64,000 nt of DNA, from NCBI GenBank assembly GCA_910574255.1, contig CAJTAK010000001.1, positions 83,779-147,778 on the forward strand, read 5' to 3'. The notes under the pieces are model-generated. The model did no database searches, had not been told where the DNA came from, and saw only the letters and a program-made list of their open reading frames with translations. This document shows, in pieces, positions 1 through 8,649 of the stretch (positions within the stretch are counted from its first letter, which is position 1; each line of letters opens with the position of its first letter). The stretch is from Clostridia bacterium. Its GTDB lineage: Bacteria; Bacillota; Clostridia; Lachnospirales; Lachnospiraceae. The position numbers and the translations under genes were made by a program.

Positions 1-431
1 TACTGGTGGTACTTTTGGTATTGCTGATTAAGCATACGAAGATCGGCATGGCCATGCGTGCAGCTTCCAAGGATTTTGAAACATCACAGCTTATGGGAAT
101 CAAGATTAATTCCGTTATCAGCTTTACCTTTATTATCGGTACCTTTCTGGCGGCCATTGGAAGCCTTTTGTTCTTTACCAACTATACGGGCGTTACGCCT
201 ACAGCAGGAGCCATGCCGGGACTTAAGGCATTTGTGGCGGCTGTGTTCGGGGGGATCGGTTCCATCCCCGGTGCGGTCATCGGTGCGTTTATCATCGGCA
301 TCTGTGAAAATATCATCAAGGGTCTTGGATGGACAACTTTCTCGGATGCGTTTACGTTCGCCCTGTTAATTGTAATTTTAATCGCCAAGCCTACGGGTCT
401 GTTTGGTGAGAAAGCAACGGATAAAGTATAA
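1..431 (+). CDS. livH: Branched-chain amino acid ABC transporter permease (LivH-like), 5' end outside window
   Basis: Frame is open from the window edge. Hydrophobic permease C-terminus (…GVTPTAGAMPGLKAFVAAVFGGIGSIPGAVIGAFIIG…). Followed by livM/livG/livF homologues. Confidence 0.8.
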   Translation, partial: LVVLLVLLIKHTKIGMAMRAASKDFETSQLMGIKINSVISFTFIIGTFLAAIGSLLFFTNYTGVTPTAGAMPGLKAFVAAVFGGIGSIPGAVIGAFIIGICENIIKGLGWTTFSDAFTFALLIVILIAKPTGLFGEKATDKV

Positions 432-444
432 GGAGGCGTTCAGA

Positions 445-1533
445 ATGAGTACAAAGAAAAAAACGGCATGGAACGTGGGCCTTATTGCTGCACTGCTGAT
501 ACTGCTCTTTTTATTGGAGCAGGTGATGCCATCCAGCTCCATGCTTTTCACCGTATTAAAAAAAGGTGCTATCTATGCTTTGGTAGCAGTGTCTATGAAT
601 CTTTTAAATGGATTTACCGGTTTGTTTTCCCTGGGGCAGGCGGGCTTTATGCTGCTGGGTGCTTATACTTACGCCATCCTGACTATTCCGGTGGAGTCCA
701 GACACAGTGTATATCAGTATTTTGACGGAGGAATCATTCAGTTCACGCTTCCGGTACCGGTGGCTCTCATTGCGGGAGGAATTGTGGCGGCTGTCTTTGC
801 TTACCTCATCGGACTTCCGGTACTGCGTCTGAAGAGTGATTACCTGGCGATTGCGACTCTGGGATTTGCGGAGATCATCCGTGCGGTGTTCCAGTGGGAT
901 AAGCTGGGACCCATTACCAATGGTTCCAACCTGCTTCGGAACTTCCCGTCTTTTCGATCTGTAATCTTTCCCTTTGTGGTGGCGGGAATCTGCATTGCCC
1001 TGATTGTGATGCTGATCAATTCCACTTATGGACGGGCTTTTAAAGCTATTCGGGATGATGAAATTGCGGCGGAGGCTATGGGGATAAATCTGGCTCACCA
1101 TAAGCGGCTGGCATTTGTTATCAGTTCTTTCTTTGCGGGCGTTTCCGGAGGGCTTCTTGCCATGTATCAGACAACGATCCAGGCATCTATGTTTAAGTCG
1201 GCTATGACCTATGAGATTCTGCTGATTGTGGTTATCGGCGGCATCGGCTCCGTAACGGGAAGCTGTATCAGTTCCTTTTTGTTTATTGCATGTTCCGAGT
1301 GGTGGCTTCGTTTTCTGGATAATGAGAATCTCTATATTGGCAGTTTTCATGTGCCTTTCCTGCGTCCGGGATTCCGAAAAGTGGTATTTGCCGTTGTAAT
1401 TATGCTAATGGTGCTTTTCTACCGGCAGGGAATTATGGGAACCAGGGAGTTTTCCGTGGAGGGAATTGTCAATTTCTTCAGAAAGAAACCAGGCCGAAAA
1501 AAAGTAAAAAAGGGAGGTGTCTCCCATGAGTAA
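445..1533 (+). CDS. livM: Branched-chain amino acid ABC transporter permease (LivM-like)
   Basis: ATG at 445 behind RBS AAGGAGG (430-436); the track's 403 start is upstream and in frame. Polytopic membrane protein, 363 aa. Sits between a LivH-like and a LivG-like gene. Confidence 0.8.
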   Translation: MSTKKKTAWNVGLIAALLILLFLLEQVMPSSSMLFTVLKKGAIYALVAVSMNLLNGFTGLFSLGQAGFMLLGAYTYAILTIPVESRHSVYQYFDGGIIQFTLPVPVALIAGGIVAAVFAYLIGLPVLRLKSDYLAIATLGFAEIIRAVFQWDKLGPITNGSNLLRNFPSFRSVIFPFVVAGICIALIVMLINSTYGRAFKAIRDDEIAAEAMGINLAHHKRLAFVISSFFAGVSGGLLAMYQTTIQASMFKSAMTYEILLIVVIGGIGSVTGSCISSFLFIACSEWWLRFLDNENLYIGSFHVPFLRPGFRKVVFAVVIMLMVLFYRQGIMGTREFSVEGIVNFFRKKPGRKKVKKGGVSHE

Positions 1534-2377
1534 AGAAAATGTATTAAAAGTGGAAAATGTCACCATGCAGTTTGGCGGCGTTATCGCAGTGGACAATATG
1601 AACCTTGAGGTGGATAAGGGTGAGATCGTATCCCTCATTGGTCCCAACGGTGCGGGAAAGACGACTGCTTTTAACGTAATCACCGGCGTATATGCACCAA
1701 CCAATGGTGCGGTCTATTATAAGGGAAATAAGATTATACAGAACCATCCTCAGGGCAAGATGAAAAAGCTGTATCGGGGAGAGAACCCGGTGATGTACAC
1801 GGGACATCATCCAATCGCACCTACTCCTGATAAGATTACAAGGCTTGGGATCGCAAGAACGTTCCAGAACATCCGTCTCTTTAAGAGTCAGACCGTATTT
1901 GAGAACATACTGATTGCAAAGCATATGCTGCGTACCAGCAATATTTTTACGGCTGCTTTCAAGCTGAACGGCAAGGAGGAGGCCCAGATGCGAAGAGATT
2001 CCGAAAAGCTTTTAGAGTTGATGGAGCTTACGGATGTGCGGAATGAACTTGCCACCTCTCTTCCTTATGGAAAGCAGCGTCATCTGGAGATTGCCCGTGC
2101 CCTGGCCACCAAGCCGGAACTGCTGCTTCTGGATGAGCCGGCGGCGGGTATGAATCCACAGGAGACATTGGAATTGACGCAGTTTATCGGAAGAATTCGG
2201 GATGAATTTGGCCTGACGATCTTTATGATTGAGCATCACATGGATCTGGTTATGGAGATTTCCGATCGGATCTATGTACTGGATTTTGGAAAGCCCATTG
2301 CCGAGGGTACACCGGAGGAGATTCGGAACAATCCCCGGGTTATTGAGGCGTATCTGGGAGGTGCACAGGATGAGTAA
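1526..2377 (+). CDS. livG: Branched-chain amino acid ABC transporter ATP-binding protein (LivG-like)
   Basis: Walker A GPNGAGKTT, ABC signature LPYGKQRHLEIARAL, Walker B LLLLDEPAAGM. RBS GGGAGG upstream of the ATG at 1526. Confidence 0.85.
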   Translation: MSKENVLKVENVTMQFGGVIAVDNMNLEVDKGEIVSLIGPNGAGKTTAFNVITGVYAPTNGAVYYKGNKIIQNHPQGKMKKLYRGENPVMYTGHHPIAPTPDKITRLGIARTFQNIRLFKSQTVFENILIAKHMLRTSNIFTAAFKLNGKEEAQMRRDSEKLLELMELTDVRNELATSLPYGKQRHLEIARALATKPELLLLDEPAAGMNPQETLELTQFIGRIRDEFGLTIFMIEHHMDLVMEISDRIYVLDFGKPIAEGTPEEIRNNPRVIEAYLGGAQDE

Positions 2378-3089
2378 TATATTGGAAGTAAAGAATCTTC
2401 ACGTTGCTTATGGCGGAATCCAGGCGGTAAAGGACATTAGCTTTGATGTGCCAAAAGGCGAGGTTGTCACTCTGATTGGTGCCAACGGTGCCGGAAAGAG
2501 TTCCACCTTACGTTCCATTGTAGGACTGGTAAAGCCGGAGAGCGGCAGCATTCAGTTTGAAAGTACGGAGCTTGCGGGACTTTCCACGGATCAGATCGTG
2601 TCCAAGGGAATCACATTGGTGCCTGAGGGACGAAGAGTATTTCCGGATCTGACGGTTCTTGAGAACCTGAAGATTGGTGCTTATATGAGAAAGGATTCTC
2701 TGGATGAGGATTTGAAATGGGTTCACGATCTGTTCCCTCGTCTGAAAGAACGTTCCTGGCAGCTGGCGGGAACCCTGTCCGGCGGTGAACAGCAGATGCT
2801 TGCCATTGGCCGTGCCCTTATGTCCAAGCCGGATTTGATTATGATGGATGAGCCGTCTCTGGGCCTGGCTCCCATCATTGTTCAGGGTGTGTTTGACATT
2901 ATCCGTGAGATCAATAAGCAGGGAGTAACCATTCTTCTGGTAGAGCAGAATGCCAATATGGCTTTGAAAGCCGCCAACAAGGGCTATGTCATGGAGACCG
3001 GCCGGATTACCCTTACGGGCACGGGCATGGAACTTCTGGAGAATGAGGAAGTGAAAGCGGCTTATCTTGGCAAGGCTAAGGATAAGTAA
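2370..3089 (+). CDS. livF: Branched-chain amino acid ABC transporter ATP-binding protein (LivF-like)
   Basis: Internal ATG at 2370 (MSNILEVKNLHVAYGG…) overlaps the livG stop. Walker A GANGAGKSS, signature LSGGEQQMLAIGRAL, Walker B IMMDEPSLGL. Confidence 0.85.
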   Translation: MSNILEVKNLHVAYGGIQAVKDISFDVPKGEVVTLIGANGAGKSSTLRSIVGLVKPESGSIQFESTELAGLSTDQIVSKGITLVPEGRRVFPDLTVLENLKIGAYMRKDSLDEDLKWVHDLFPRLKERSWQLAGTLSGGEQQMLAIGRALMSKPDLIMMDEPSLGLAPIIVQGVFDIIREINKQGVTILLVEQNANMALKAANKGYVMETGRITLTGTGMELLENEEVKAAYLGKAKDK

Positions 3090-3173
3090 AAAAGGTTTAC
3101 AACAACTGAAAAAGCATGTATACTAGATAACGTTGGCGGCGGGTCACAGAGCCTTTGCAGCCAGCGTTATGTT

Positions 3174-3293
3174 TGCGGAACTGGAAACAGCAATACTCTT
3201 TCAGTACCCAGATGGATTTACGGACACATATTTTGGTGGCCGGAAATTCATCTATGTTGCTTGCGTGCTGAAAGAGTATTGCGGAACTGGGAA
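3174..3293 (+). promoter_or_regulatory. Structured 5' leader upstream of purA
   Basis: A perfect 15-bp long-range inverted repeat: gcaatactctttcag (3190-3204) pairs with ctgaaagagtattgc (3268-3282). A direct repeat tgcggaactgg (3174-3184 and 3281-3291) overlaps the 3' arm. The purA RBS AGGAGG (3295-3300) lies immediately downstream. Confidence 0.3.
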
Positions 3294-3310
3294 TAGGAGG
3301 AATTCAGACT

Positions 3311-4588
3311 ATGGTAAAAGCAGTCGTTGGAGCAAACTGGGGAGATGAGGGTAAGGGAAAGATCACGGATATGCTTGCCCGGGAATCAGACATTATTGTA
3401 CGCTTTCAGGGCGGAGCAAATGCGGGCCACACGATTGTAAACAATTATGGAAAGTTTGCACTGCACACGCTTCCCTCCGGAGTATTTTATGATCACACCA
3501 CAAGTATTATCGGCAATGGCGTAGCTCTTAATATTCCGGTTCTGTTTCGGGAGATCCAAAGTATTGTGGAACGTGGGGTTCCGACACCAAAGATTCTGGT
3601 GTCTGACCGGGCTCAGATGGTAATGTCCTATCACATTCTGTTTGATCAGTGTGAGGAAGAACGGCTGGGCGGAAAGTCCTTTGGCTCTACTAAGTCGGGA
3701 ATTGCCCCCTTTTATTCGGATAAATTTGCGAAGATCGGTTTTCAGGTAAGCGAGTTGTTTGCAGAGGAAAGCTATCTCCGTGAGAAGATTGCCAATGTCT
3801 GTATTCAGAAAAATACGATTCTTGAGCATCTGTACCATAAGCCTGTTCTTGATCAGGAGAAGCTTTATGAGGAACTGATGGAGTATAAGAGCATGGTGGA
3901 ACCTTATGTGTGTGACACCTCTGCATTTCTGTGGGATGCGATTCGCAATGGAAAGAATATTCTTCTGGAGGGCCAGCTGGGTTCTATGAAAGATCCGGAT
4001 CATGGGATCTATCCCATGGTGACTTCCTCCTCTACTTTGGCAGGTTATGGTGCTATCGGCGGAGGAATTCCGCCCTATGAGATCAAGGAGATCGTTACGG
4101 TGTGCAAGGCTTATTCCAGTGCGGTCGGTGCAGGGGCCTTTGTAAGTGAGATCTTTGGGGATGAGGCGGATGAGCTTCGTAAGAGAGGCGGAGACGGCGG
4201 TGAGTTTGGGGCGACTACGGGACGGCCCAGGAGAGTGGGATGGTTTGACTGTGTGGCTTCCCGATATGGATGCCGGATTCAGGGAACTACGGATGTGGCA
4301 TTTACGGTGCTGGATGTGCTTGGCTATCTGGAGGAGATTCCCGTTTGTGTTGGCTATGAGATTGACGGAGAAGTTACGAGAGACTTCCCGGTGACTCACC
4401 TCCTTGAGAAAGCAAAGCCGGTATTTGAGAAGCTTCCCGGTTGGAAATGCGATATCCGGGGAATTAAAAAGTATGAGGAACTGCCGGAGAACTGCCGGAA
4501 GTATATTGAGTTTATAGAGAAGCAGATAGAGTGTCCCATTACGATGATTTCTAACGGACCTGGACGAGAGGATATCATTTACCGATAA
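3311..4588 (+). CDS. purA: Adenylosuccinate synthetase
   Basis: N-terminal P-loop GANWGDEGKGKITD and GGANAGHT. 425 aa, the typical PurA length and motif pattern. Confidence 0.95.
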   Translation: MVKAVVGANWGDEGKGKITDMLARESDIIVRFQGGANAGHTIVNNYGKFALHTLPSGVFYDHTTSIIGNGVALNIPVLFREIQSIVERGVPTPKILVSDRAQMVMSYHILFDQCEEERLGGKSFGSTKSGIAPFYSDKFAKIGFQVSELFAEESYLREKIANVCIQKNTILEHLYHKPVLDQEKLYEELMEYKSMVEPYVCDTSAFLWDAIRNGKNILLEGQLGSMKDPDHGIYPMVTSSSTLAGYGAIGGGIPPYEIKEIVTVCKAYSSAVGAGAFVSEIFGDEADELRKRGGDGGEFGATTGRPRRVGWFDCVASRYGCRIQGTTDVAFTVLDVLGYLEEIPVCVGYEIDGEVTRDFPVTHLLEKAKPVFEKLPGWKCDIRGIKKYEELPENCRKYIEFIEKQIECPITMISNGPGREDIIYR

Positions 4589-4621
4589 CAGTTTAGACGG
4601 CGATATTGATTGGAGACAGCA

Positions 4622-5227
4622 ATGAAAATAACAACAATTATTTTTGATATCGGACGTGTGCTGAATGGGTATGGGTGGGAAACTTACCTGAAGAAAGTGG
4701 TGCCGGATCCGGTGGCATATAAGGCAGTAGAGAACGCCATTTTTAAGAATCCTGCGTGGGTGGAGCATGACAAGGGACTGCTGAGCGAGGAAGAAGAGAT
4801 TCGGGATTTTGTAGCGGCGGCTCCGGAGTATGAAAAAGAGATCCGTGCAGTCTATGAAAATCTGGGGGAATGTACCTGGACCCTGGATTATGCCATTCCC
4901 TGGATCCAGGAGTTGAAAGGGAATGGGTACAAGGTGTATGCTTTGTCTAACTGGCCCAAGCATATTTATGATCAGAGAGGGAAGAAGCTTGATTTCCTGG
5001 AACTGATGGACGGGTATTTTCTTTCCTTTCAGGAGCATTTGATTAAGCCGGACGAGAAAGCGTTTTTGCGGCTGATGGAGAAGTATGGAATCCGGCCGGA
5101 GGAGGCGGTATTTCTGGATGATACCAGGGAGAATGTTCTGGCGGCCAAGAGACTGGGGATACATGGGATTCTGTTTTCTTCTCAGGAGCAGGCCAGGGAG
5201 GAATTACAGGCTTTTGGGATAAAGTGA
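4622..5227 (+). CDS. HAD-superfamily hydrolase
   Basis: N-terminal IIFDIGRVL (DxD-like HAD motif I region), later SNWPK and FLDD. 201 aa from the ATG at 4622; the track's start at 4610 is a TTG. Confidence 0.65.
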   Translation: MKITTIIFDIGRVLNGYGWETYLKKVVPDPVAYKAVENAIFKNPAWVEHDKGLLSEEEEIRDFVAAAPEYEKEIRAVYENLGECTWTLDYAIPWIQELKGNGYKVYALSNWPKHIYDQRGKKLDFLELMDGYFLSFQEHLIKPDEKAFLRLMEKYGIRPEEAVFLDDTRENVLAAKRLGIHGILFSSQEQAREELQAFGIK

Positions 5228-5275
5228 AATTGAAAGCAGGCGAGAGGTCCTATGGCCACTCGCCTGTCAGTCTGT

Positions 5276-5743
5276 TCAGATATCGTTTGTGTGTAAGCCG
5301 CATTCCCGGGCTGTTTTTTCTATCTCTTCTTTGGGCAGCTTTAAGAGAAGAGCAGTTTGACTGATGCTGTGGGTGGAATCCAGTACATTTTTAATGAGGA
5401 GTTTGGTGCTTTGTTCAATTCCTTGTTCAATTCCTTGCTTAATCCCTCGCTCAATTCCTTCCTTAAACCCTTTTTCCAGCCCTTCCTTCCGGCCTTCTTC
5501 AATAGCTTCTTTCCGCAGATATTCCCGCTCCGCTTTTTCATCATACTCTTCCAGCAGCATACTTCGCACCTCCATTCGGCATTTGCTCAAAATATCCACC
5601 AGGATTCCGCATTCCATGCAATACTTCATGGCTTCCTCTACCGCATGATCCAGATCCAGTCCCTCTTGAAGCTTTTGCCGGATTTCTTCAATAAATTCCG
5701 CATATTCCCGCAGCCTTTGGCATTTTTCCAAAAGGGAATCCAT
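5276..5743 (-). CDS. Hypothetical protein with EGxxxG repeat tract resembling the C-terminal region of Rpn/YhgA-like proteins
   Basis: 155 aa. Repeat tract EGRKEGLEKGFKEGIERGIKQGIEQGIEQ, followed by LIKNVLDS.HSISQTALLLKLPKEEIEK. The DNA shows a degenerate tandem 12-15-bp repeat (ttgttcaattccttg…). No nuclease N-domain is present. Confidence 0.45.
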   Translation of the reverse strand: MDSLLEKCQRLREYAEFIEEIRQKLQEGLDLDHAVEEAMKYCMECGILVDILSKCRMEVRSMLLEEYDEKAEREYLRKEAIEEGRKEGLEKGFKEGIERGIKQGIEQGIEQSTKLLIKNVLDSTHSISQTALLLKLPKEEIEKTARECGLHTNDI

Positions 5744-5995
5744 AGTGTCTTTTCTTTTTCATATTTTCTCCTTTTATTATAGGGCTTTTCAATTGGTTCC
5801 GCAAGGATAAAGAATAACAATCATAGGCATCACACTCGCTTTTTATGGGTATGGAGGGGAAAGCTTAAAGATCTGTACCCATATTTGAATTTATGGTATT
5901 GGGAATTGGAAAGCGGAAGTGCTTTCTGTTAAGATTTCCATATTATGGTAGCATCATCCGGGGAAAAACGCAAGAGGTTCAAAAAAATATTATTC

Positions 5996-6047
5996 TTGAC
6001 ATACCTAGATTACAGAGGTATTCTATATACATAGGAAATCTATGTAT
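5996..6047 (+). promoter_or_regulatory. padR promoter with overlapping palindromic operator
   Basis: -35 TTGACA (5996-6001), 17-nt spacer, -10-like TATTCT (6019-6024). A perfect 8-bp inverted repeat ATACATAG-gaaat-CTATGTAT (6027-6047) sits at the predicted transcription start, consistent with PadR-family autoregulatory operators. Confidence 0.4.
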
Positions 6048-6100
6048 AAGATAGCCTGAGAAAAAGGTATTGTATGAGATGCAGAAAGAGAGGTGATTTC

Positions 6101-6439
6101 ATGGATAAGAAGATGATGGCTATGAGTACGGCCATGCTTCTTTTGAAGCTTCTGGAGGAAGAGGATATGTACGGGTATCAGATGATTCGAAAGCTGGAGG
6201 AACGGAGCAGCCAGGTCTTTTCTCTGAAAGAGGGGACTTTGTATCCCATTCTCCATTCTCTGGAGGAGCAGGAGGCGGTGGAGAGCTACGAACGGCAGGC
6301 GGAAACCGGGCGGATGCGGAAATATTACCGTCTGACGAAAAAAGGCGGAAAGCTTCTTCAAAAGAAAAGGGAAGAATGGAAGGTCTATGAGAAGGCGGTT
6401 CATGATGTCATGAGGGGAGGTATGTCCTTTGCGATCTGA
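6101..6439 (+). CDS. padR: PadR-family transcriptional regulator
   Basis: Winged-helix PadR motifs YGYQMIRKLEE…LKEGTLYPILHSLEEQ…RKYYRLTKKG. Likely start is the ATG at 6101 behind RBS GAGGTGA; the track ORF starts at 6074. Confidence 0.85.
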   Translation: MDKKMMAMSTAMLLLKLLEEEDMYGYQMIRKLEERSSQVFSLKEGTLYPILHSLEEQEAVESYERQAETGRMRKYYRLTKKGGKLLQKKREEWKVYEKAVHDVMRGGMSFAI

Positions 6440-7910
6440 ACAACAGGAAAGATTGGAACGTTTTCTGGAGGATGTGGATGAACAGATTTCTTATCGTCCC
6501 ATTCATGCGGCGGTGAATGAGGAGCTGCGGGCCCATGTGGAGGATAAGGCTGAGGTCTATATGGAATATGGTGTGGAGGAGGATGAAGCCTATGATAAAG
6601 CCATTCGTGACATGGGTGATGCTTCTGTGATTGGAATAGAGATGAATGCGACACATCATATTCGAATGGCGAAGCCATTGCTGTTTTCGCTGTTGGGACT
6701 TCTGTGCCTTGGCATAATCGGGAATTTTGTGGACAGAGGGTTTTCCCTGTGGGAGATATCCTATAATGGCTACTTTTTATGGGGATTGATTGTACTGATG
6801 CTTGTGGCTTTATATGGTTATCCGCTTTTGCTGAAGCATACGGGAAAGATATTGATACTTTTGGGAGCAGCAGGAGTACTCTTTGCAGTGGGCCGTATTC
6901 TGATTTTAGATACCGGGATGATAATGCCCTTTATCATAGGATTTGATCCAAATAGCCCCAGTGCGGTTTTTGGAATTCTACAGTTGGCGATTCCCGTCAG
7001 CGTGGTTCTTTTGTACCGCAGCCGCCATAAGGGAGTGTGTTCTCTTATATTGATTGGAGGGGTGCAGCTTCTTTTACTGGGCTTTATCAGTTACTGTTAT
7101 TTTTGGGGATATGCGGATGTGGCTTTTTTGACATTCCTGTTTTCCTGTCTGGGTGCGGAGCTTTATATGGTGGGAAAAGGATACCTGAATGCGGATAAGA
7201 AGAAAGGCTTTGGAACGGCAATTGCCTGCTTTCTTATTTTAATCACAGTCTGGGCAGGGGTTCAGAGAGAACAGGTTTACAAGGAATTGGAATTATTTAT
7301 AAATCCGGAAGCTCAGACGGAAAGTCCATGGGAGGATGGATACAATAATGTTTTGATTCGGGAACTTCTTGGACGGGCAAAAGGAATTGGAAAAATTGAA
7401 CTTAGTCAGGAAGAACTGGTTCGTTATAGGACGGCTCAGTGGTATTATGAGGATGGTCCCGGTGTGTGGGGTGGAAATGGTATAAACAGAACCCTGGAGG
7501 ACTATGTGGATTATCGGATGCAGTATCAGGGTCCATATGAACTGGAGCTTTTGGATATTCTGCCTCAGCATTATCACAATAATTATCGGATTGCAAGGTG
7601 GATTCTCCAATATGGCTGGCTTCCGGGCATAGTTTTGACGCTTTTTCTCTGCACAGCCTATGGATTTTTGTTTATCACAGCTTTTCGGATCAGGAACCGC
7701 CTGGGACGAATCGTAGCTTTGTCAGGAAGCCTGGCCATAGGGATTCAATTCCTGTTTTACCTGTTGGGAAACTTTGGATGTCAATTTGGAATGTTTGGAA
7801 ATCTGCCTTTTGTGTCGGAGGGACTTGCCAGTATTACAGGCAGTGCACTGATGTCAGGACTGATTCTCTCTGCCTATCGGTTTGATACGGTGGTGACAGA
7901 AACGGAATAA
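6429..7910 (+). CDS. PadR-associated membrane protein with DUF1700/HAAS-like N-terminus and polytopic domain carrying a SEDS-like C-terminal motif
   Basis: N-terminus ERLERFLEDVDEQISYRPIHAAVNEELRAHVEDKAEVYMEYGVEEDEAYDKAIRDMGDASVIGIEM resembles the PadR-partner HAAS domain. Then about 10 TM segments. The C-terminus GNLPFVSEGLASITGSALMSGLIL recalls the FtsW/RodA LPFISYGGSS motif. TTG start behind RBS GAGGGGAGG, overlapping the padR stop. Confidence 0.6.
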   Translation: MRSEQQERLERFLEDVDEQISYRPIHAAVNEELRAHVEDKAEVYMEYGVEEDEAYDKAIRDMGDASVIGIEMNATHHIRMAKPLLFSLLGLLCLGIIGNFVDRGFSLWEISYNGYFLWGLIVLMLVALYGYPLLLKHTGKILILLGAAGVLFAVGRILILDTGMIMPFIIGFDPNSPSAVFGILQLAIPVSVVLLYRSRHKGVCSLILIGGVQLLLLGFISYCYFWGYADVAFLTFLFSCLGAELYMVGKGYLNADKKKGFGTAIACFLILITVWAGVQREQVYKELELFINPEAQTESPWEDGYNNVLIRELLGRAKGIGKIELSQEELVRYRTAQWYYEDGPGVWGGNGINRTLEDYVDYRMQYQGPYELELLDILPQHYHNNYRIARWILQYGWLPGIVLTLFLCTAYGFLFITAFRIRNRLGRIVALSGSLAIGIQFLFYLLGNFGCQFGMFGNLPFVSEGLASITGSALMSGLILSAYRFDTVVTETE

Positions 7911-7926
7911 GAATAAGGTTAAATGG

Positions 7927-8124
7927 CTATTTTTTCAAATACCGATAGATCAGAATATAGGCATACAAAAAGCAGGGAATTACGATCGTGCAGATCACGG
8001 ATGCCATCAGCCAGTCTCTGGTGGCGGTGTGGTCCATAAAGGCCAGAACAATAGTGATAAGATACATGCCGGCTAAAAGAACAGCACCTAAAAGGGCCAG
8101 GATGCGTTTGAGCTTCCGAAACAT
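7927..8124 (-). CDS. Small hydrophobic membrane protein (65 aa)
   Basis: Two predicted TM helices. Convergent with the upstream gene. Called only from ORF and hydrophobicity. Confidence 0.3.
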   Translation of the reverse strand: MFRKLKRILALLGAVLLAGMYLITIVLAFMDHTATRDWLMASVICTIVIPCFLYAYILIYRYLKK

Positions 8125-8649
8125 AGGAAACCTCCTTTGAGTGGTATTTCATTTAACATAACACATCTTTAAAAAGAAGTATAGAAATTTTCAACTTTTT
8201 TTGTATAAAGCCGGAATATTGGGTCATACTAGAATTAGACAAAAGAGAAACGAATTACTTATATCCTCCCCTTTAGTGAAATCCTCGCCACAACGATGTG
8301 GCGGGGATTTTTTGCAGAAACTTACAAATAATAGCTTCCATAATATAAGCGTTATGCTGATTTATAAATGTGGTGCTGCCTGATACCAGTCTGCCGCATA
8401 GAATTATGAACTATGGAATAATCTGCGGGTGCTGGTGGATAAAATTGTAATTAAAGAGGAAAAAACGGAAAGTTGCTTCCATATAATTGAAAAGCAGGTA
8501 AAAATTATACCTTTTATATTATTTTTTTGTACAAAAAGTTGGAATTCGTTGGACTTCTACTTATTGTATGGTATAATTAACGAGTTGGTTTTAAAATAAA
8601 AATAAAATTTTTAAAACAAAAAACTTTTCCAAGAGAGGGAGGGACCGGC

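Noticed and set aside
604-1350. 248-aa minus-strand ORF
   Set aside because: Antisense to the LivM-like permease gene. The charged, low-complexity product makes it implausible.
3133-3348. 71-aa ORF in the purA leader
   Set aside because: It lies inside the structured leader and overlaps the purA RBS and start. It has no RBS of its own. More likely a non-coding regulatory region.
3386-5164. 592-aa ORF on the minus strand
   Set aside because: It is entirely antisense to purA and the HAD gene, both of which have strong motif support. Its Leu/Arg/Ser-rich composition is typical of antisense translation of a GC-balanced gene.
5276-5743. Full Rpn/YhgA-family transposase-like nuclease
   Set aside because: Only the C-terminal repeat and tail region is present, in 155 aa. 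No PD-(D/E)xK nuclease domain and no in-frame upstream extension.
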